Assembly: GCF_016127575.1 (NCBI RefSeq)
Contig: NZ_CP066018.1
Location: 3,750,001 to 3,782,000, forward strand
Direction: 5' to 3'
Length of the DNA: 32,000 bases
DNA from: Cupriavidus necator
GTDB taxonomy: Bacteria; Pseudomonadota; Gammaproteobacteria; Burkholderiales; Burkholderiaceae
In this document: piece after piece, positions 26,431-32,000 of the stretch
Layout of the letters: each line of letters opens with the position of its first letter
How positions within the stretch are numbered: the first letter of the stretch is position 1
Program-made: the position numbers and the translations under genes
Notes under the pieces: model-generated
What the model was told of the DNA's origin: nothing
The model's database searches: none
What the model saw: only the letters and a program-made list of their open reading frames with translations

Positions 26431-27360
26431 ATGCGGCAACGACTTCCCAGCCTGTCCAGCCTGCGCGCCTTCGAGGCCGCCGCGCTGCACCTGAACCTGC
26501 GCCGCGCGGCGGCGGACCTGTTTATCACCGAGAGCGCGGTGTCGCGCCAGATTGCGTCGCTGGAAGCGCTGCTGGGCGTGCAGCTGTTCCACCGCGCCAA
26601 CCAGCGCATCACGCTGACGGCGGCCGGCACGCTCTACAGCGGACAGGTGCGGGAGTTGCTGCGCAAGCTGCAGCGCGACACGCTCGACCTGATGGCGCAC
26701 GAGGGCGCGGGCGGCACCGTCGAGCTGGCCTGCGTGCCCACGCTGGCGGTCGAGTGGCTGATTCCGCGGCTGCCGGCCTTCTATGCGCGGCATCCGGGGA
26801 TCGTGGTCAATATCAGCGCGCAGTCAGACATCTTCCTGTTCGACGGCACCCCCTACGACGCGGCGATTCACTTTGGCGAGGCGGTCTATCCCGGCGCGCG
26901 TGCCGACCGGATGTTCGACGAAGAATCGGTGGCGGTCTGCCATCCGGACTTCTTCGGCGGCAGAAAGCGGATCAGCCCACATGACATCGCCCGGTCGCCG
27001 CTGCTGCACCTCGCCACACGCATTCTCGGCTGGAAGCAATGGATGGAAGCGGCCGGCATCGACGACGTCAACGCCATGCGCGGCGCACGCTTCGACCACC
27101 ATTCCATGGTCATCGCCGCCGCACGCGCCAGGCTGGGCGTTGGCCTGGTGCCGCGCTTCCTCGTGGGGGAATACCTGGCAAACCGCCAGCTGGTCATGCC
27201 CGTCGCCCATTCGCAGCGCTCCACGAGCGCGTATCACCTGGTCTCGCCGGATACCCGGCCGATGAGCGAGGCGATGCAGCGGCTGCGCGAGTGGCTGCTG
27301 GAAGCCGCGGGCGAGTTTGCGACAAGGCAGTCCGCGACTGCGGACGATGCGGGCAAGTAG
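26431..27360 (+). CDS. LysR-family transcriptional regulator (GcvA-like)
   Basis: 309 aa. HTH: LPSLSSLRAFEAAALHLNLRRAAADLFITESAVSRQIASLEALLGVQLFHR. Confidence 0.85.
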   Translation: MRQRLPSLSSLRAFEAAALHLNLRRAAADLFITESAVSRQIASLEALLGVQLFHRANQRITLTAAGTLYSGQVRELLRKLQRDTLDLMAHEGAGGTVELACVPTLAVEWLIPRLPAFYARHPGIVVNISAQSDIFLFDGTPYDAAIHFGEAVYPGARADRMFDEESVAVCHPDFFGGRKRISPHDIARSPLLHLATRILGWKQWMEAAGIDDVNAMRGARFDHHSMVIAAARARLGVGLVPRFLVGEYLANRQLVMPVAHSQRSTSAYHLVSPDTRPMSEAMQRLREWLLEAAGEFATRQSATADDAGK

Positions 27361-27381
27361 CCAGCCGACTCACGCCGCAAC

Positions 27382-28785
27382 TCACACCACCATTTCCAGC
27401 CCCGGCGTCGGCCGGCGTTCCAGCAATGCGGCCAGCCTGCGCAGCGCGGCCGATAGTTGCGCGCGGTCCTCCACGCCACCGAGCGAGATGCGGATGGCAG
27501 TCGGCGCGTTGGGCCCCTCCCAGAACGCGTCGGACGGCGTCACGCGCAGGTCCTCCGCCAGCGCGGCCCGGGTGAGCTGCTGCGCCGACCAGTGCTCCGG
27601 CAAGCGGTGCCATGCGTGGATGGCGCTGGGCGGGAGCTGGCCGATCCCGCTCAGCCACCGGCTTGCCAGCGCGCATCTGGCCAACGCTTCGGTCCTGATG
27701 CCGTCGAGCAGATGCATGGCCGAGCCATCGTGGATCCATTGGGTCGCCAGGGCGGCGGTCATCGGTGCCGCCATCAGCGCGAAGGCCCGCAGCGATGCCA
27801 GCAGATCGTCGCCGCGCCTGCCCTCCGGCAGCATGACATACGCGGTCCGCAGCCCCGGACTGAGGGTCTTGGACAGGGTCGAGACATAGTACGTGCGCTC
27901 GGGAGCGAAGCTGGACAGCGGCGGCGGCGCTGACGGCGTCAGCAGCCAGTAGGGATCATCCTCCAGCAAGGTGACATCACAGTGCGCCGCGGCCCTGGCG
28001 ATAGCCTCCCGGCGTGAGGCCGGCATGGTGTGCGTAGTTGGATTCTGGGCGGTCGGATTGAGGTAGGCCAGCGTGGCACCGTCGGCACGGACCGCCTCGA
28101 GGGCGTCGGGGAGCATCCCGTCGGCGTCGACCGGCGCGATGATCACGCGCCGCCCGAGCTGTGCCGCGGCCGCGCGAATGCCTGGGTAGGCCAGCGGCTC
28201 ACTCACGATCGCATCGCCAGGCCGGGTCCGGGCCAGGATCACGGCGGCCAGCGCAGCCTGGGCGCCCGGGCACACCACGAGCCGCGCAGTAGCGACCTGC
28301 CCGAATATCTGCGCGAGCCAGAGGGTGCCGGCCGACCGGTCGGCAGCACTGCCGCCGCCGAGCTGGTAGGTCATCAGCAGGTGCGGGTCGCTGTGCAGCA
28401 GCACCTGCGACAGGCCGCGCCGCAACAGGTCCTGGAAATCCAGCCCCGCCGGTGGCGGCGGCACGTTCATGCTCATGTCGATCACCCGCGCCAGCTCCGC
28501 CCGCGGCGCGGCAATGAAAGTGCCGAGGGCCCCGCGGGCATCGATCAGATGCCGCCGCTTGGCCTCGTTGTAGGCACGCGTCACGGTGGTCAGGTCCACG
28601 CGGAGGGACTTGGCCAGGCTGCGCTGCGGCGGCACGCGGTCGCCGGCTACCAGGCGGCCTTCGCCGATCGCCCGCTCGATGAAATCCACGATCTGCAAGT
28701 AGCGCGCGCCGCCACCTGTTGTGATCTCAAGATCCCATTTGGCACTGGCTTTGGCGCGGATATCGGTTCCTTGCATGGATTTCAT
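27382..28785 (-). CDS. MocR-type regulator (GntR HTH fused to an aminotransferase-like PLP domain)
   Basis: N-terminal winged-helix region (YLQIVDFIERAIGEGRLVAGDRVPPQRSLAKSLRVDLTTVTRAYNE) plus a class-I aminotransferase fold with TLSKTLSPGLRTAY. The start was taken at MKSMQG (28785). The ORF is open to 28887. Confidence 0.8.
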   Translation of the reverse strand: MKSMQGTDIRAKASAKWDLEITTGGGARYLQIVDFIERAIGEGRLVAGDRVPPQRSLAKSLRVDLTTVTRAYNEAKRRHLIDARGALGTFIAAPRAELARVIDMSMNVPPPPAGLDFQDLLRRGLSQVLLHSDPHLLMTYQLGGGSAADRSAGTLWLAQIFGQVATARLVVCPGAQAALAAVILARTRPGDAIVSEPLAYPGIRAAAAQLGRRVIIAPVDADGMLPDALEAVRADGATLAYLNPTAQNPTTHTMPASRREAIARAAAHCDVTLLEDDPYWLLTPSAPPPLSSFAPERTYYVSTLSKTLSPGLRTAYVMLPEGRRGDDLLASLRAFALMAAPMTAALATQWIHDGSAMHLLDGIRTEALARCALASRWLSGIGQLPPSAIHAWHRLPEHWSAQQLTRAALAEDLRVTPSDAFWEGPNAPTAIRISLGGVEDRAQLSAALRRLAALLERRPTPGLEMVV

Positions 28786-28934
28786 CCGGTAGATTTCTTC
28801 GATGTATGGGTTTTGTCTTGCATTAGCATGCCAGACATCACCGAGGGAATCCATACAAACCACGCCCGCGCGGGGCTGAGCCAGCACTTGAATCGGAGCG
28901 CGTGGCCGGGAGCCTTCGGTGATCCGTAACCAAG

Positions 28935-29936
28935 GTGTCCGAAATGCTCAAACCTATTGCCGGGCCGGCAGACAAGAATCGACAAGGCCCGCTCCCCCGC
29001 CCGTCCCCCGGCCCGCAGCGCCGTCTTCCCACACTGTTGCTGAGCGCCTGCCTGAGCGCGCTGCTGAGCGGCTGCAACCTGGAACTGCTCAACCCCAAGG
29101 GCAGCATCGGGGAACAGGAGAAGTCACTGATCCTGATCTCCCTGTTCGTCATGCTGATGGTCGTCATCCCCGTGATCGTCCTGACGCTGTGGTTCGCGTG
29201 GCGCTACCGCGAAACCAATACGAGCGCCACCTATGCCCCCAAATGGGCGCACTCCACCAGGATCGAGGTCGTGGTCTGGGGCATTCCCTGCGTCATCGTG
29301 GCCTGCCTGGCCGTGCTGATCTGGGATTCGACGCACAAGCTCGATCCCTATCGGCCGCTGGAATCGCAGGTCAAGCCGGTCCAGGTCGATGTGATCGCGC
29401 TGAACTGGAAATGGCTGTTCATTTATCCGGAATACGGCGTCGCGTCGCTGAACCAGCTTGCGATCCCGGTCGGCACGCCGGTCAATTTCCGGCTGACCGC
29501 GGAATCGATGATGAACTCGTTCTTCATCCCGCAGCTCGGCAGCATGGTCTACGCCATGGCGGGGATGCAGACGCGCCTGCACCTGATCGCCGACACGCCG
29601 GGCGTCTATCTCGGCCAGTCCGCTGCCTACAGCGGCCCCGGCTTCTCGGACATGCACTTCAAGACCCTGGCCACTTCGCGCAAGGAGTTCGATGCCTGGA
29701 TCCAGGCTGCCCGCGCTTCGTCCCAGGCGCTCGACCTGAAGACCTACCGCACGCTTGAACTGCCCAGCAGCAAGGATCCCGTGACGCTTTACGCCGCCGT
29801 CGCGCCGAAGCTGTTCGACCAGGTCGTCGACAAATACATGCTGGAAAACGGCCAGATCTGCCGCGCGGACACCCCGGAATCTCTGCAGGCCTTCCAGCGC
29901 GTCCCGACGGCGCCCGCTGGCCGCATGGAGCAATAA
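28935..29936 (+). CDS. cyoA: Cytochrome o ubiquinol oxidase subunit II
   Basis: Lipobox LLSGC followed by [22 protein letters not shown]. It is collinear with E. coli CyoA ([25 protein letters not shown]...). The WKWLFIYPE and SFFIPQLG blocks are present. The start could be 28935 or 28944. Confidence 0.9.
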   Translation: MSEMLKPIAGPADKNRQGPLPRPSPGPQRRLPTLLLSACLSALLSGCNLELLNPKGSIGEQEKSLILISLFVMLMVVIPVIVLTLWFAWRYRETNTSATYAPKWAHSTRIEVVVWGIPCVIVACLAVLIWDSTHKLDPYRPLESQVKPVQVDVIALNWKWLFIYPEYGVASLNQLAIPVGTPVNFRLTAESMMNSFFIPQLGSMVYAMAGMQTRLHLIADTPGVYLGQSAAYSGPGFSDMHFKTLATSRKEFDAWIQAARASSQALDLKTYRTLELPSSKDPVTLYAAVAPKLFDQVVDKYMLENGQICRADTPESLQAFQRVPTAPAGRMEQ

Positions 29937-29938
29937 GA

Positions 29939-31915
29939 ATGCTTGGAAAACTCAACCTGGACGCCATCCCTCTCCATGAGCCGATCATCATGGGGACGCT
30001 GGCCGTCGTAATCGTGCTGGGCATCGCGCTGATGGGCGCCATTACGTACTACGGCAAATGGAAATACCTGTGGAACGAATGGATCTGCTCGGTCGACCAC
30101 AAGAAGGTCGGCGTGATGTACATCATCCTGGCGCTGGTGATGCTGCTGCGCGGCTTTGCCGACGCCATCATGATGCGCGCCCAGCAGGCGATCGCCTATG
30201 GCGATGGCGCGGGCTACCTGCCGCCGCACCACTACGACCAGATCTTCACGGCGCACGGCGTGATCATGATCTTCTTTGTCGCGACGCCGCTGGTGCTCGG
30301 GCTGATGAACGTGATCGTGCCGCTGCAGATCGGCGCGCGCGACGTCGCCTTCCCGTTCGTCAATTCGCTGAGCTTCTGGATGTCGGCAATGGGCGCGGTG
30401 CTGGTGATGCTGTCGATGTTCGTCGGCGACTTCGCGGCCACCGGCTGGGTCGCCTACCCGCCGCTGTCCGAGCTCGGCTACAGCCCCACGCCAGGGGTTG
30501 ACTACTACATCTGGTCGCTGCAGATATCCGGGCTTGGCACCACGCTGACGGGCATCAACTTCATCGTCACGATCCTGCGCATGCGCGCGCCGGGCCTGAA
30601 CCTGATGAAGATGCCGGTCTTCACCTGGACCGCGCTGATCACCAACATCCTGATCGTGGCGATCTTCCCCGTGCTGACCGCCACGCTCGCCCTGCTCACC
30701 GCCGACCGCTACCTCGGCATGCATTTCTTCACCAACGAGCTCGGCGGCAACGCCATGATGTACGTGAACCTGATCTGGATCTGGGGCCACCCTGAGGTCT
30801 ACGTGCTGATCCTGCCGGCGTTCGGCGCCTTCTCCGAGATCATCGCCACGTTCTCGCGCAAGCCCCTGTTCGGCTACAAGTCGATGGTGTACGCCACCTC
30901 CTCGATCGGCGTGCTGTCGTTCTTCGTCTGGCTGCACCACTTCTTCACCATGGGCTCGGGCGCGAACGTCAATGCCTTCTTCGGCATCATGACCTCGATC
31001 ATCTCGATCCCCACCGGCGTCAAGCTGTTCAACTGGCTGTTCACCATGTACCGGGGCCGGATCCGCTTCCATACCTCGACCATGTGGACCATCGGCTTTA
31101 TGGTGACGTTCGCGGTCGGCGGCATGACCGGCGTGCTGCTCGCCATTCCCGGGGCCGACTTTGTCCTGCACAACAGCCTGTTCCTGGTTGCGCATTTCCA
31201 TAACGTCATCATCGGCGGCGTGCTCTTCGGCTGCCTGGCCGCAATCACTTTCTGGTTCCCGAAGGTGTTCGGCTTCACGCTCAATGAGTTCTGGGGCAAG
31301 GTGTCGTTCTGGTGCTGGCTGGCCGGCTTCTTCCTGGCCTTCATGCCGCTCTACGTACTGGGCTTCAAGGGCATGACCCGCCGGATGAACCACTATGCCA
31401 ACGTCGACTGGCATCCCTACCTGGTGGTGGCGCTGGTCGGTGCCTTCGTCATCGGCGCCGGCATCCTGGCGATGTTGGTGCAGTTCGCGGTCAGTATCCG
31501 CGACCGCAAGCAGAACCGCGACCTGACTGGCGATCCGTGGGATGGCCGCAGCCTGGAGTGGTCGACGGCCTCGCCCGCGCCGTTCTACAACTTCGCCCAC
31601 GTGCCGCATATCACCTCGCTGGAACAGCACTGGGACGACAAGGAAGCCGGGCGCGCATGGCGCCAGCCGGCCCGCTACGAAGACATCCACATGCCCCGCA
31701 ACACCTCGGCAGGCTTCATCGTGTCGGCGTTCGGGCTGCTGTGCTGCTTCGCGCTGGTCTGGCACATGTGGCTGGTCGCCGTCGCCGGCCTGGTCGGCGC
31801 CATCGCGACCTTCGTCGTGCGCAGCTATGACCGCGACGTCGACTATTACGTGCCGGCCGCCGAAGTCGAGCGCATCGAGCGCGCGCGCTTTGCACAACTG
31901 CAGGAAGCTGCCTGA
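29939..31915 (+). CDS. cyoB: Cytochrome o ubiquinol oxidase subunit I
   Basis: 658 aa haem-copper oxidase subunit I. It has [25 protein letters not shown] and HFHNVIIGG. It starts 2 nt after the cyoA stop. Confidence 0.95.
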   Translation: MLGKLNLDAIPLHEPIIMGTLAVVIVLGIALMGAITYYGKWKYLWNEWICSVDHKKVGVMYIILALVMLLRGFADAIMMRAQQAIAYGDGAGYLPPHHYDQIFTAHGVIMIFFVATPLVLGLMNVIVPLQIGARDVAFPFVNSLSFWMSAMGAVLVMLSMFVGDFAATGWVAYPPLSELGYSPTPGVDYYIWSLQISGLGTTLTGINFIVTILRMRAPGLNLMKMPVFTWTALITNILIVAIFPVLTATLALLTADRYLGMHFFTNELGGNAMMYVNLIWIWGHPEVYVLILPAFGAFSEIIATFSRKPLFGYKSMVYATSSIGVLSFFVWLHHFFTMGSGANVNAFFGIMTSIISIPTGVKLFNWLFTMYRGRIRFHTSTMWTIGFMVTFAVGGMTGVLLAIPGADFVLHNSLFLVAHFHNVIIGGVLFGCLAAITFWFPKVFGFTLNEFWGKVSFWCWLAGFFLAFMPLYVLGFKGMTRRMNHYANVDWHPYLVVALVGAFVIGAGILAMLVQFAVSIRDRKQNRDLTGDPWDGRSLEWSTASPAPFYNFAHVPHITSLEQHWDDKEAGRAWRQPARYEDIHMPRNTSAGFIVSAFGLLCCFALVWHMWLVAVAGLVGAIATFVVRSYDRDVDYYVPAAEVERIERARFAQLQEAA

Positions 31916-31917
31916 CC

Positions 31918-32000
31918 ATGAACCCGACTCTCTCCCCCCCCCTGCATCATCCCGGGCACGAGGCGGCCCACGACGCGGCGCACCACCATCACGAAGCCGG
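31918..32000 (+). CDS. cyoC: Cytochrome o ubiquinol oxidase subunit III, 5' fragment (runs off the window)
   Basis: The ATG lies 2 nt after the cyoB stop. The His-rich N-terminus (HHPGHEAAHDAAHHHHE) resembles the E. coli CyoC N-terminus. Gene order is cyoABC. Confidence 0.7.
   Translation, partial: MNPTLSPPLHHPGHEAAHDAAHHHHEA

Noticed and set aside
31918-32000. His-rich N-terminus of the cyoC fragment as a possible metal-binding novelty
   Set aside because: As I recall, E. coli CyoC also begins with a His-rich segment, so this is likely a family feature.

Overview
High-GC betaproteobacterial chromosome. The 16S sequence and the LysR/Bug/MocR gene content look Cupriavidus/Ralstonia-like, but this is judged by eye and no search was run. 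No transposase, integrase, CRISPR array or recognisable phage or defence gene was seen.

Layout, left to right:
(1) 1-4100: an electrophile/peroxide stress cluster. It holds a nemR-nemA-like TetR + Old Yellow Enzyme operon, ohr, ohrR and a rof-like Rho modulator. Two small secreted proteins built from D-x-[YF]-x-[DE]-G repeats are interleaved with these genes.
(2) 4171-9345, minus strand: a complete rRNA operon (16S-23S-5S) with tandem promoters and boxA elements. The 23S is about 3.08 kb because helices 25 and 45 carry long structured extensions (intervening sequences). The 325-nt 16S-23S spacer contains no tRNA gene.
(3) 9859-12122: a LysR regulator divergent from a DUF3422-type membrane protein.
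(4) 12128-19505, all minus strand and tightly packed: a molybdo-hydroxylase pair (large Tat-signal subunit, then a 2Fe-2S subunit), a metallophosphoesterase fused to a 4-TM domain plus C-terminal domain, a GMC flavoprotein, and an Apa2-type ATP adenylyltransferase.
(5) 19790-28785: polB, then housekeeping and accessory metabolism. These are a small RRM-like protein, a PhnB/VOC protein, a GST, an aminotransferase, a Bug/TctC binding protein, a LysR regulator and a MocR regulator.
(6) 28935-32000: cyoA, cyoB and the start of cyoC.

Best candidates for something undescribed:
- the phosphoesterase-TM / GMC / ATP-adenylyltransferase module;
- the D-x-Y-T-D-G repeat mini-protein family embedded in the Ohr regulon;
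- the ohrR-rof linkage;
- the atypical rRNA operon.

All functional calls rest on my recognition of motifs and families in the translated ORFs. No database search was performed.
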